From an uncultured Alphaproteobacteria bacterium (GTDB taxonomy: Bacteria; Pseudomonadota; Alphaproteobacteria; RF32; CAG-239), in assembly GCA_910584385.1 (NCBI GenBank), contig CAJUAK010000002.1, forward strand, positions 34,418-98,417: a stretch of DNA of 64,000 bases. The letters are read 5' to 3'. Position numbers and translations under genes: made by a program. The notes under the pieces are model-generated. The model ran no database searches and was not told the origin of the DNA. It saw nothing but the letters and a program-made list of their open reading frames with translations. Shown piece after piece: positions 19,966-29,637 of this stretch. Every line of letters begins with the position of its first letter. Within the stretch, counting starts at the first letter, position 1.

Positions 19966-20003
19966 CTAAAAACAATCCCCGCAAAATGCGGGGATTGTTT
20001 TTG
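19966..20003. terminator. Bidirectional terminator (acaatccccgcaaaatgcggggattgt).
   Basis: Perfect inverted repeat flanked by A and T runs, between convergent genes. Confidence 0.55.
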
Positions 20004-20029
20004 CAGCCTGTGCAATTGGAGCATGTTTA

Positions 20030-20827
20030 TTATTTATCCTCTGCCAGAATGCCTTTTATCAGCAGAAATTCTGGCGTCTTGCCGTTAAAGTTTTTGTGCT
20101 TTTTTGCCAGCTCGACAGATTCCTTGTCTAAGACATCGTTTAATACCTGCTTTTTGGCATTGCGCGTTTTTTCTTTTTTATTTTTTTCCGCCGGCTGCGG
20201 TGCATTCATTTTGGCTTCTTGTTCTTTAGCCTTGTCGACTTTTATTTCTTCCGGCGCTTTTAATATTTTTTCAAGAATAGACTGCGTTTCTTTAGAACGG
20301 CGGTTGGTGTAAACAATATTTTGTTTTTCAGCCGGAAGCATTTCCAATATCTTTTCCAGATTATCAAGCTGTTTATTCTTTTTAATCAGGTTAATGTCAT
20401 CAACAACCAGGATGTTGGTGCTGCTTAAATCGACCTTGCTGCTTTCGGCAAGTTCCAAGAGCAAATCAGGCGAGCCGATAATGACGTTGGCTTCTTTAGA
20501 AATTTCTTCTTCCGTATCTTGAACGGTTGCTTCGTTAATTTCATGATATTTGTTAAACACGGAAAATCTGTCAGATACGGCAACGGATTGTTCAGAATTT
20601 GGCGTGATAATCAAAATGTTTTGGGCGCCTTTTGCCGAAATGATATCAAGCAACGGAAAAACATAAGACGTTGTTTTTCCGCAGCCTTGCGGCGCAATGG
20701 TGAATACGTCTTTCCCTTGCAGGATTGAAGGAATGACGTCATTTTGAACGGTTGTCGGCTCGCTGATGCCGAATTCTTCAATGGCCTGGATTGTTTGTCC
20801 GCTTAAACCTAATTCGCTAAAATTCAT
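20030..20827 (-). CDS. DEAD-box helicase-like protein consisting of only the first RecA-like domain, with a lysine-rich C-terminal tail.
   Basis: Q-motif (PTTVQ), motif I variant APQGCGKT, and motif II as VVDD. No helicase C-terminal domain. The tail is rich in K/E. Confidence 0.5.
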   Translation of the reverse strand: MNFSELGLSGQTIQAIEEFGISEPTTVQNDVIPSILQGKDVFTIAPQGCGKTTSYVFPLLDIISAKGAQNILIITPNSEQSVAVSDRFSVFNKYHEINEATVQDTEEEISKEANVIIGSPDLLLELAESSKVDLSSTNILVVDDINLIKKNKQLDNLEKILEMLPAEKQNIVYTNRRSKETQSILEKILKAPEEIKVDKAKEQEAKMNAPQPAEKNKKEKTRNAKKQVLNDVLDKESVELAKKHKNFNGKTPEFLLIKGILAEDK

Positions 20828-20919
20828 CTTTATATAGTCCTGATAATCGTTTACAAGTTGAAAACAAGGTATTATTTTTTAAAAACATAGTCAACCCTAA
20901 AAGAAGGAAAACAAACGCC

Positions 20920-21465
20920 ATGTTAATGAATGCCGCCAATTCTTTGCTGCTGATTATTGATGTTCAGGAAAAGCTCGCCCCGACGATGAGCGCTTCCCGG
21001 GAAGTCATCTCCGGATGCGCGCGCTTAATCGGTGCTGCCGGAAGTTTGGGCGTGCCTTGTTTGTTTACGGAACAGTATCCCAAAGGTTTGGGACCGACAA
21101 TGGTTGATTTGCGCCAGGCGGCAGAGAAAAATGCAAAATATCTGCCGAAAACGGAATTTTCATGCGCAAAGAATGAAGCCATTTTGCAGGAAATTAAAAA
21201 CAGCGGGAGAAAACAAATCATTATGGCCGGTGTGGAATTGCACATCTGCGTTTTGCAAACGGCATTGGATTTGAAAGCTGCCGGCTATGATGTTTTTGTT
21301 GTGGCCAATGCCTGTTCATCCCAGGATGCGGCGCAGCATGTTCTGAGCTATCAGCGTTTGCTGGCCGCCGGCGTGGAAGTCGTTTCCTTGGAGATGGTTA
21401 TTTACGAATGGCTTGAAAAATCCGGCACGGATGTTTTCAAGGAAGTTGTAAAAAAGTATCTTTAG
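20920..21465 (+). CDS. Isochorismatase-family cysteine hydrolase.
   Basis: LLIIDVQEKLAP and the catalytic-region pattern VANACSS. Confidence 0.65.
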   Translation: MLMNAANSLLLIIDVQEKLAPTMSASREVISGCARLIGAAGSLGVPCLFTEQYPKGLGPTMVDLRQAAEKNAKYLPKTEFSCAKNEAILQEIKNSGRKQIIMAGVELHICVLQTALDLKAAGYDVFVVANACSSQDAAQHVLSYQRLLAAGVEVVSLEMVIYEWLEKSGTDVFKEVVKKYL

Positions 21466-21830
21466 GCTTTGGCGCGACCGTAAATGTCTTCATAACGGAT
21501 GATGTCATTTTCATCTAGGTTTTCGCCGTATTGGACTTCTATGAATTCCAGATTGGCGTTTTTATCGTTGCGGATGCGGTGTTTGGTCTGAACGGGGATA
21601 AACACGTTTTCTCCGGATTTTTTTATAATTTCTTTATCGCCAAGCGTAACGACGGCTTCGCCCTCTACCATAATCCAATGTTCGCTGCGGTGGTTATGCG
21701 ACTGGAGCGAGAGGCAGCTGCCCGGGGTAACAATGATTTTTTTTACGCAGAAATTGTTTCCGCCGTCTAAAACTTCCCAAGTTCCCCATGGACGGGTGTC
21801 GTGATCGCCTTTTTTATATGTATTTGCCAT
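21462..21830 (-). CDS. Cupin domain protein (mannose-6-phosphate isomerase type II C-terminal-like).
   Basis: Cupin motifs LSLQSHNHRSEHWIMVEG...IPVQTKHRIRN. Confidence 0.6.
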   Translation of the reverse strand: MANTYKKGDHDTRPWGTWEVLDGGNNFCVKKIIVTPGSCLSLQSHNHRSEHWIMVEGEAVVTLGDKEIIKKSGENVFIPVQTKHRIRNDKNANLEFIEVQYGENLDENDIIRYEDIYGRAKA

Positions 21831-21910
21831 TTTTTCCTCTTTTCTTAAAGTTTATACTTGATGTAGAAATTTATAGGCAATATAAATAAATAACAAGTTA
21901 AAATCCAGCA

Positions 21911-24184
21911 TTGGGCAGAAAAATGAAATCACCCGCAGTTAATCAGGCAATTGTTATTTTAAGGCAGCTCCGCAAAATTACCGAAGAAAGCGACTCTCTT
22001 TCAGACAAGCTTAACCGGATTATCGCTTTGATTGTTAAGGATATGAAGGCGGATGCCGGCGCTTTGTATTTGATGGTTGATGAAAGCAGCCTCGAAGTTT
22101 TTGCGGCAATCGGCTATAATGATGATATTGCCCATAAAGTTACCATGCGCAAAGGCGAAGGGCTTGTCGGCGATATTGCGGAAACAGCGCGCTCCGTTGC
22201 TGCGGCGGATGCGTGGTCTCATCCCAAATTTGTGTTTAAGCCTGAAATGGGCGAAGACAAATATAAATCTTTTGCCGGCGTGCCTTTGATACGAAACCGC
22301 CGGGCAATCGGCGTATTGACGGTTCAAAGTTTTGAAACCCATGAATACAGCCGTCTGGAAATAGAAATTCTGGAAACCGTCGCAATGGTGATGACGGAAA
22401 TCGTTTCTTCTGAAGAAATGAACAAATATAAACAGGTCTTAATCCGGGAACGCGGGCTTGTCGGGCGCGACAAAATTAAAGGCCTGGGGTTGTCAAAGGG
22501 CTATGGGCTCGGCAATGCGGTAATCCATCGCCGCGGGCGGATTGTTACAAAGATTTTTGCGGAAGACAAGGCGCAGGAGCTTTTGCGCTTGGAGGCCGCG
22601 CATACCCGCATGAACGCGGATTTGGACGAGAAATTTAACTCAACGCGCCTTGGCATCGGCGAACATACGGACATCCTTGATACATACAGGATGTTTGCCA
22701 AAGACAAAGGCTGGTATCAAAAAATTGCCGATAACGTACAAAGCGGTTTAACCGCTGAAGCGGCGGTCGAGCGGGCTTATGAAGATATGTGGAATCGGCT
22801 TTCGGGCACGACGGACCAATATCTGAAGGAACGTCTGCATGATTTGCGAGATGTGTCAGACCGCCTGCAATCTTATTTGCGCGGCGATTATGCCATTGTC
22901 AGCAAAAGCGATGCGGAAGATATTGTCATTATTGCCCAGACCATGGGACCGGCTGATTTGATGGATTATGACTATTCTAAAATCCGCGGCTTGATTATTG
23001 AAGACGGCACGCCGACTATGCATGTTGCAATTGTTGCCAAGGCTTTGGGAATTCCTGTTGTTGCAAAAATCAAAGGCCTGTTTGACGAGGTTAAAGACGG
23101 GCAGCTTATCGGCGTGGACGGCAATGAAGGATATATTTATATTTCTCCGTCCTTGGAAACTCAGAAAAAATTTAAGGCGCGCAATGCGGAAAAAGAGCAG
23201 CAGCAAGCCCGTCTGGAGGCTCTAAAAGACAAGCCTTCCGTTACGAAAGACGGCGTGAAAATAAATATGTATATCAATGTGGGGCTGGCTTTTGATCTCG
23301 ATTACATTGCAAGCACCAATTGCGATGGCGTCGGGCTTTACCGGACGGAAATTCCTTTCATGGCTTCGGACGTTATGCCCGATGTCAGCCGGCAATTCAG
23401 CTATTATAAAGATTTGATGGACCGTGCCGGCGAACGAAAAGTAACTTTCCGCAGCTTGGATGTCGGTTCGGACAAGCTTTTGCCTTATTGGAGCAATAGC
23501 GGCGAAGAGAATCCGGCAATCGGCTGGCGTTCCATCCGCATTACATTGGACCGGCGGGCGATTTTGCGCAAGCAAATGCGGGCTTTTTTGCGTGCAGCTG
23601 CCGGAAAAGAGCTCAATGTTATGTTTCCGATGATTTCGAACCTTTCAGAATTTGAGGAAGCCAAAGAAACGCTTTTGATAGAGCTTGAAAAAGAAAAAAG
23701 GAAATCGGGCGAAGTGCCCAGAAAGGTTAATATCGGTTTGATGGTTGAAGTGCCGGCGGTAGTCTTCCAACTGGATGCCATTTTGGAACAGGCAGATTTT
23801 ATTTCTATCGGAACCAATGATTTGGCTCAGTTTGTTTTTGCGTGCGACCGCGGGAATCCGAAACTTGCAGAAAGGTATGATGTTCTTTCCGCCCCGTTTT
23901 TGAATATGATGCGGCAGATTATATCTGCTGCAGACAGGCATAAAGTTTATTGTTCGGTTTGTGGCGAAATGGCTTCGAATCCGGTTGAGGCAATGGCTTT
24001 AATCGGGCTGGGGTATCGCAATTTGTCTATGTCGGGGTCGGCATTCGGAAAGGTTAAATCTATGGTGCGCACTTTGAATTGCGAAGATATAACGGATTAT
24101 GTGCAGACGCTGCTGAAATCTCAAAAAAGAACCTTGCGCCCGCAATTAATTTCCTATGCCCATGATCATGGTATTGAAATCTGA
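21911..24184 (+). CDS. ptsP: Phosphoenolpyruvate-protein phosphotransferase PtsP (EI-Ntr) with an N-terminal GAF domain.
   Basis: A GAF domain followed by Enzyme I PEP-utilising domains. Length about 750 aa. The start may instead be the second ATG at 21923. Confidence 0.85.
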   Translation: MGRKMKSPAVNQAIVILRQLRKITEESDSLSDKLNRIIALIVKDMKADAGALYLMVDESSLEVFAAIGYNDDIAHKVTMRKGEGLVGDIAETARSVAAADAWSHPKFVFKPEMGEDKYKSFAGVPLIRNRRAIGVLTVQSFETHEYSRLEIEILETVAMVMTEIVSSEEMNKYKQVLIRERGLVGRDKIKGLGLSKGYGLGNAVIHRRGRIVTKIFAEDKAQELLRLEAAHTRMNADLDEKFNSTRLGIGEHTDILDTYRMFAKDKGWYQKIADNVQSGLTAEAAVERAYEDMWNRLSGTTDQYLKERLHDLRDVSDRLQSYLRGDYAIVSKSDAEDIVIIAQTMGPADLMDYDYSKIRGLIIEDGTPTMHVAIVAKALGIPVVAKIKGLFDEVKDGQLIGVDGNEGYIYISPSLETQKKFKARNAEKEQQQARLEALKDKPSVTKDGVKINMYINVGLAFDLDYIASTNCDGVGLYRTEIPFMASDVMPDVSRQFSYYKDLMDRAGERKVTFRSLDVGSDKLLPYWSNSGEENPAIGWRSIRITLDRRAILRKQMRAFLRAAAGKELNVMFPMISNLSEFEEAKETLLIELEKEKRKSGEVPRKVNIGLMVEVPAVVFQLDAILEQADFISIGTNDLAQFVFACDRGNPKLAERYDVLSAPFLNMMRQIISAADRHKVYCSVCGEMASNPVEAMALIGLGYRNLSMSGSAFGKVKSMVRTLNCEDITDYVQTLLKSQKRTLRPQLISYAHDHGIEI

Positions 24185-24236
24185 TAAAACTTGTGTTAAG
24201 CATAAAAGCAAAATTTTTCCAAAAGGGGATTAAACC

Positions 24237-25217
24237 GTGAAAAAAGAGACTGTTGAAGAAAATATGGAAAACAAAAATATTTCCGCTGCCGAAGATGTTC
24301 TGCCTAAGGTCGGGACAACTCTGAAGGAAACAAGAGAACGCAAAAAACTTAAGCTTTCGGATATTGCCCAGGCTTTGTACATCCGCAAGGTATATCTTGA
24401 GGCTATTGAAAATAATGATTATGAAAATATTCCCGAAGCGCCTTATGGCATCGGTTTTATCCGGACATATGCCGAATATCTCGGGCTGAACGGAAACCAG
24501 ATGGTGCAGTTTTTCAAAAACGAAGCCCGTCAGGGCAGCGTTGCCGAAGGACGCGTATATGTAGCCGATGAACAAAATGAGGCGGGCGTTCCCGGAAAGA
24601 AGTATTTGCTTTTTTCTTTGCTGGCGGTCATTGCCGTTTATGCCGGCTGGACGATGTTTAACCAGACAGAGGAAGAAGAGCCTGTTTCCGAAACTCTGGT
24701 TGTGGAACGTGAAACAACCGAATCTGCCCCTTTGGTTGTGGAGGATTATTCTTTTAACAATAATCAGGAAAATGACGCTGCCGAAGGCGAGGCCTTCCAA
24801 ACGGCTGAGCCTGAAGTTCCTGTTGCCGACAGGGCGCAGATTGTTGTAACGAATGAGTCTTTTGAAGAAAAAACAGAAGAGAATCCTGTTGCTGCAGCGC
24901 AGCCTGTTGAAGAAAAGGCCGTGCCGGCAGAGGAAGAAAACAAAGCGCCTGTTGCGGCAGATAAGCCGGACAGCCGGGTTGTTTTAAAGGTGAAAAAAGA
25001 AACCTGGGTTGAAGTTAAGGATGGCTCAAAGCTGTATTTAAGCAAAGTTTTGCAGCCGGAAGCAATTTACGCTTTGCCAAATGAAAAAGGGATTATTTTG
25101 TCAGTTGGCAAAAACGACGGCGTTGATGTTTGGGTTGATGGAAAATTAACGGAAGTTGTTACGCCGGTTAAGAAGATGAATATCGAGATTGACCGGTTTT
25201 TATCAGCCAACCATTAG
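24237..25217 (+). CDS. rodZ: RodZ-like cytoskeleton protein (helix-turn-helix, a transmembrane segment, and a C-terminal DUF4115-like domain).
   Basis: N-terminal Xre-type HTH (LKLSDIAQALYIRKVYLEAIENND), one transmembrane helix, an acidic/proline-rich linker and a conserved C-terminal domain. Confidence 0.55.
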   Translation: MKKETVEENMENKNISAAEDVLPKVGTTLKETRERKKLKLSDIAQALYIRKVYLEAIENNDYENIPEAPYGIGFIRTYAEYLGLNGNQMVQFFKNEARQGSVAEGRVYVADEQNEAGVPGKKYLLFSLLAVIAVYAGWTMFNQTEEEEPVSETLVVERETTESAPLVVEDYSFNNNQENDAAEGEAFQTAEPEVPVADRAQIVVTNESFEEKTEENPVAAAQPVEEKAVPAEEENKAPVAADKPDSRVVLKVKKETWVEVKDGSKLYLSKVLQPEAIYALPNEKGIILSVGKNDGVDVWVDGKLTEVVTPVKKMNIEIDRFLSANH

Positions 25218-25247
25218 AGTATTTTAACCAGACAGGAAAAACGGCTT

Positions 25248-26351
25248 ATGCCGTTTTTCCTGTCATTTTATAAGGATAAAAAAGTGGAACAGATTATCCG
25301 GCGCAAGAGCCGTAAAATTTATGTGGGAAAAGTTGCCGTTGGTGGAGATGCGCCGATTTCAGTGCAATCAATGACCAATACGCTGACCTCTGACGCAGGT
25401 GCGACAATCGACCAAATCCGCAGGCAGGAAAACGCCGGCTGCGATATTACGCGCTGTTCTTGTCCGGATAAAGAATCCGCATTGGCTTTGAAGGAAATAA
25501 CAAAAGCCGTTAACATTCCTGTTGTGGCGGATATCCATTTTGACTACCGTTTGGGAATCCTGGCGGCGGAAAATGGTGCGGCCTGCTTGCGCATTAATCC
25601 GGGAAATATCGGTTCTATTGAAAGAATCCGTGAGGTTATCAAAGCGGCAAAGGCTAATAATTGTTCTATGCGCATTGGCGTGAACGGCGGTTCGTTGGAT
25701 AAGCGGCTGCTGGAAAAATATGGCGAACCGACAGCGGATGCCTTGGTCGAAAGCGCTTTGGAACAGGCAAAGGTTTTGGAGGACAATGATTTCCGCGAGT
25801 TTAAAATAAGCGTTAAATCTTCCAATACCCGGATGATGATTGACGCTTATCAAAAATTGGCCGCTGCTTGCGATTATCCTCTGCATTTGGGCGTAACCGA
25901 GGCAGGCGGCTTGATGAGCGGCACGGTTAAATCGGCTTTGGGAATCGGCTCTTTGCTTATGGGCGGCATTGGCGATACGCTGCGTGTTTCGCTTACGGCA
26001 GATGTCGAACAAGAGGTTCGTGCAGGCTTTGAAATTTTGAAGGCGCTTGATTTGCGGCATCGCGGCGTTCGGATTATTTCCTGTCCGACTTGTGCGCGCC
26101 GCGGATATGATGTTCAAAAAACGGTTGAAGCCTTGGAAAACCGCCTGGCACATATTTCGAAGCCGTTGACGATTGCGGTCATGGGCTGTGTGGTTAACGG
26201 CCCGGGCGAAGCCGGACATGCGGATTTTGGCGTTTGCGGCGGGCATGGCGATGAAAATATGATTTTCATAAACGGCAAGCCCCATCATAAGGTCAGCAAT
26301 AATCAGATTATTGATGAATTGGTCAGTTTAGCAGAAAAGAAAGTTGGATAA
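25248..26351 (+). CDS. ispG: 4-hydroxy-3-methylbut-2-enyl diphosphate synthase.
   Basis: [22 protein letters not shown] and the C-terminal Fe-S cysteines CPTCARR...GCVVNGPGE. Confidence 0.9.
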   Translation: MPFFLSFYKDKKVEQIIRRKSRKIYVGKVAVGGDAPISVQSMTNTLTSDAGATIDQIRRQENAGCDITRCSCPDKESALALKEITKAVNIPVVADIHFDYRLGILAAENGAACLRINPGNIGSIERIREVIKAAKANNCSMRIGVNGGSLDKRLLEKYGEPTADALVESALEQAKVLEDNDFREFKISVKSSNTRMMIDAYQKLAAACDYPLHLGVTEAGGLMSGTVKSALGIGSLLMGGIGDTLRVSLTADVEQEVRAGFEILKALDLRHRGVRIISCPTCARRGYDVQKTVEALENRLAHISKPLTIAVMGCVVNGPGEAGHADFGVCGGHGDENMIFINGKPHHKVSNNQIIDELVSLAEKKVG

Positions 26352-27587
26352 ATGGAAAAAGTACAAACAGTTCGCGGCACCTATGATGTTTATGGCAGCC
26401 AAAAAAGAAAAATGAAGAAAGTTATTAAGACGGCTTCTGAAGTGGTTGAAAAATATGGTTTTGAAGAAATTGAAACGCCTATTTTTGAATTCACGGAAGT
26501 TTTTGCCCGCAATCTGGGCGATACGTCGGATATTGTTACAAAGGAAATGTATTGCTTTAGCGATCGCGGCGGCGAAAGCCTTACGCTCCGCCCCGAAGGG
26601 ACGGCCGGTGTCGTCCGCGCTTTTATCTCGGAAGGCATGCAGCAGAATCTTCCCGTGAAATTATATTACGCCGGGCCGATGTTTCGTTATGAACGCCCGC
26701 AAAAGGGGCGTCAGCGCCAGTTTACACAATTTGGCTGTGAGCTTCTTGGCGTGGAAACGCCGCAGGCGGATATTGAAGTTATCGCGATGGCTTATGAGTT
26801 TGTTGAGAAGCTTGGGCTTCAGGGCAGCGTTACGGTAGAAATTAATTCTCTTGGCGACAAGGAAAGCCGCGATGCTTACCGCGAAAAGCTGGTTGCTTAT
26901 TTAAAAGGGCATTATGACAGCCTTTCGGCAGATTCAAAAGAGCGGTTGGAAAAGAATCCGCTCCGCGTTCTTGATTCTAAAGAAGAATGTGATAAAGCGA
27001 TTGTTGCGGCGGCGCCTTTATACCGCGACAGTTTGAATGAAGCTTCTAAAATGTTTTTTGAAAATGTTTTGAAAGGTTTGGATGCCTTGGGAATAAAATA
27101 TCGCGTGAATGACCGTTTGGTGCGCGGCTTGGATTATTATTCCCATACGGTGTTTGAATTGGTAACCGACAAGCTTGGTGCCCAGGGGACTGTCCTTGCC
27201 GGCGGGCGCTATGACGGTTTGGTTTCCCAGATGGGCGGCGGCGAAGTTCCCGGCATCGGCTGGGCTTGCGGCGTGGAACGCCTGGCTCTTTTGAATGATG
27301 AGGAAATGGGCAAACCTCGCCCGGTTGCGGTTATACCTTTGGGCGAAGATACGGCGGAAATGGCTTTGAAAATTGCTTATCAACTGCGCCTTGCCGGATT
27401 TCCCGTCGAACAAAGCTATTCGGGGAATATTAAAAAGAGAATGATAAAGGCTAATAAAGCGAACGCTTATAAAGCGGTTATCATCGGTTCTGAAGAGCTG
27501 GCAAAAGGCGTGGTAACAATTAAGGATTTGGAAAGCGGCGAACAAAAAGAAGTTGCTTTGGATAATATTGTGAAAGAGGTTGAATAA
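26352..27587 (+). CDS. hisS: Histidine--tRNA ligase.
   Basis: Class II aminoacyl-tRNA synthetase motifs (FRYERPQKGRQRQF) and an anticodon-binding C-terminal domain. Confidence 0.9.
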   Translation: MEKVQTVRGTYDVYGSQKRKMKKVIKTASEVVEKYGFEEIETPIFEFTEVFARNLGDTSDIVTKEMYCFSDRGGESLTLRPEGTAGVVRAFISEGMQQNLPVKLYYAGPMFRYERPQKGRQRQFTQFGCELLGVETPQADIEVIAMAYEFVEKLGLQGSVTVEINSLGDKESRDAYREKLVAYLKGHYDSLSADSKERLEKNPLRVLDSKEECDKAIVAAAPLYRDSLNEASKMFFENVLKGLDALGIKYRVNDRLVRGLDYYSHTVFELVTDKLGAQGTVLAGGRYDGLVSQMGGGEVPGIGWACGVERLALLNDEEMGKPRPVAVIPLGEDTAEMALKIAYQLRLAGFPVEQSYSGNIKKRMIKANKANAYKAVIIGSEELAKGVVTIKDLESGEQKEVALDNIVKEVE

Positions 27588-28660
27588 TGAGTTTTGCAGA
27601 GAAACTAAGCAATGTCGTTAACCGTTATAATGAGCTTGAAAGCCTTATTTCTGCACCGGATTTGAATTCTGACGAGCTGGTGCGCATGAATAAGGAATTG
27701 GCGGCGCTTGCTCCGGTGGTTGAGGGAATTAACGCTTTGCACAAGCTGGAAGCGGATATGCTTGACGCTAAAGCGATGATGGAAGACGCGTCTTTGGATA
27801 AAGAGATGAAGGAACTTGCCGAAGCGGAATATTATGATTTGAAAGAACGGCTGCCGGAACAAGAAAAGCAAGTGAAAATTTTGCTTTTGCCCAAAGATGC
27901 GGAAGATGAGAAAAATGCGATTTTGGAAGTGCGGGCGGGAACCGGCGGTGATGAAGCCGCATTATTTGCCTCTGTTTTGTTTGAAATGTATCAACGTTAT
28001 TCGGTTTTGCAGGGCTGGAAGTTTGAGGTTAATGATGTTACGGAAAACGAGCTGGGCGGCTATAAGGAAGCTACGGCAAAAATTACCGGCAAGGATGTTT
28101 TTGCAAAGTTGAAGTTTGAATCGGGGGCGCACCGTGTGCAGCGCGTCCCGGTAACCGAATCTCAGGGGCGGGTTCATACCTCCGCGGCAACGGTTGCCGT
28201 TTTGCCGGAAATTGAAGAAGTGGATATGTATATAAATCCGGCGGATTTGAAAATTGATGTTTATCGCGCTTCCGGTGCCGGCGGGCAACATGTTAACAGA
28301 ACAGAATCCGCTGTGCGCATTACCCATATTCCAACCGGCGTGGTTGTTCAGTGCCAGGATGACCGTTCGCAATTTAAGAATAAAGAAAAAGCGATGAATC
28401 ACCTTCGCGCAAAATTATATGATATGCAAAAGGAAAGCATTAATTCGGCTTATTCCGAAAAACGCAAGCTGCAGGTTGGCAGCGGCGACCGCAGCGAACG
28501 TATCCGTACTTACAACTATCCGCAGGGGCGGGTAACCGATCATAGGATAAACCTGACGTTATATAAGTTAAACGAAGTTGTTTCCGGCGATGCATTGGGC
28601 GAAATTATAGAAGCCTTGGTTACCGAAGATCAGGCGCAGAAGCTTTCGGAATTAGAATAA
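27587..28660 (+). CDS. prfA: Peptide chain release factor 1.
   Basis: GGQ motif (SGAGGQHVNRTES) and PVT tripeptide. Start overlaps the hisS stop. Confidence 0.85.
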   Translation: MSFAEKLSNVVNRYNELESLISAPDLNSDELVRMNKELAALAPVVEGINALHKLEADMLDAKAMMEDASLDKEMKELAEAEYYDLKERLPEQEKQVKILLLPKDAEDEKNAILEVRAGTGGDEAALFASVLFEMYQRYSVLQGWKFEVNDVTENELGGYKEATAKITGKDVFAKLKFESGAHRVQRVPVTESQGRVHTSAATVAVLPEIEEVDMYINPADLKIDVYRASGAGGQHVNRTESAVRITHIPTGVVVQCQDDRSQFKNKEKAMNHLRAKLYDMQKESINSAYSEKRKLQVGSGDRSERIRTYNYPQGRVTDHRINLTLYKLNEVVSGDALGEIIEALVTEDQAQKLSELE

Positions 28661-28799
28661 GCATGATGGCGGCGGATAATAATCTGCCGCTATTTTTTTG
28701 AATTTATTTATCATCAATGACCTTTAAATGCTTTAGTGCAGGCATATATTAATATCTGATTAAACAATTCCCCAATAACTTGATAGAAGGATATGCATA

Positions 28800-29012
28800 A
28801 TGCAAAAAGGTACTGTTAAATGGTTTAACACAAAAAAAGGTTATGGTTTTATTCAGCCGGAAAATGGCGAGAAAGATATTTTTATTCATGTAACCCAAAT
28901 GGAAAAAACAGGCTTGCGCCGTTTGTTTGACGGACAATTGGTGAGCTTTGAGGTATTTAAAGATGCCCGCAGCGGAAAAATTGCGGCAACAGAAGTTCAT
29001 CTGATTTCTTAA
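28800..29012 (+). CDS. cspA: Cold-shock protein (CspA family).
   Basis: MQKGTVKWFNTKKGYGFI with the RNP1/RNP2 motifs. Confidence 0.85.
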   Translation: MQKGTVKWFNTKKGYGFIQPENGEKDIFIHVTQMEKTGLRRLFDGQLVSFEVFKDARSGKIAATEVHLIS

Positions 29013-29068
29013 GGGCTAAAAAAATAAAAGCTCCCGAATTTTGGTTTCGGGAGCTGTTTGCATATGGA

Positions 29069-29509
29069 TTATTTTAAATCTTTAACCATTTTGGCGAAAG
29101 TTATGCCTTGTTCTTCAAATATTTCGCCTTCTTGCCGGTAACCTATTTTTTCGTAAAAACTGACAACAGAAAGCATGGCATGCATAATGATTTTTGCAAA
29201 CCCGGCTTCTTTGGCGCGTTTTTCTGCATAGGCAACCATTTCCCGCCCAATGCCTTCGCCTTGGTAACGGGTGTCGACAGCAACTTGCATCATGCGAATG
29301 ATTTCATTGTCGACAGGTGCCAAAATCAAGCTTCCGACAAGGCGGTCGTCAAGATTTTCAATGCAGCCGATGTGGAGATATTCCGCTTCTTTTGCCCGGT
29401 GAGTATCTAAAAATTTGAGTCCCAGGGGTTCTAATAAAATTTTGTAGCGCAAGGCGACAGATTCATCATAACGGCTGGAGCCAAAGTCAATATCAATCAT
29501 CTTTTTCAT
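29069..29509 (-). CDS. GNAT family N-acetyltransferase.
   Basis: Acetyl-CoA binding motif RYQGEGIGREMVAYAEKRAK. Start chosen at the RBS-preceded ATG at 29509. Confidence 0.65.
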   Translation of the reverse strand: MKKMIDIDFGSSRYDESVALRYKILLEPLGLKFLDTHRAKEAEYLHIGCIENLDDRLVGSLILAPVDNEIIRMMQVAVDTRYQGEGIGREMVAYAEKRAKEAGFAKIIMHAMLSVVSFYEKIGYRQEGEIFEEQGITFAKMVKDLK

Positions 29510-29637
29510 GAGCCATCTCCTCTTCTGCTTTTTTATTAGTATAATCTTTTTTATTGATATGCGCAATATATATTGCTTAAAACAAATTTTTAATCTATTT
29601 TCAAAAAAAAATAAGTTCTATCAGATAAGGATAAAAT

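Noticed and set aside
25368-26288. 306-aa ORF antisense to ispG.
   Set aside because: It lies entirely within the highly conserved ispG coding sequence on the opposite strand and has no recognisable domain. This is a typical antisense artefact of a GC-richer gene.
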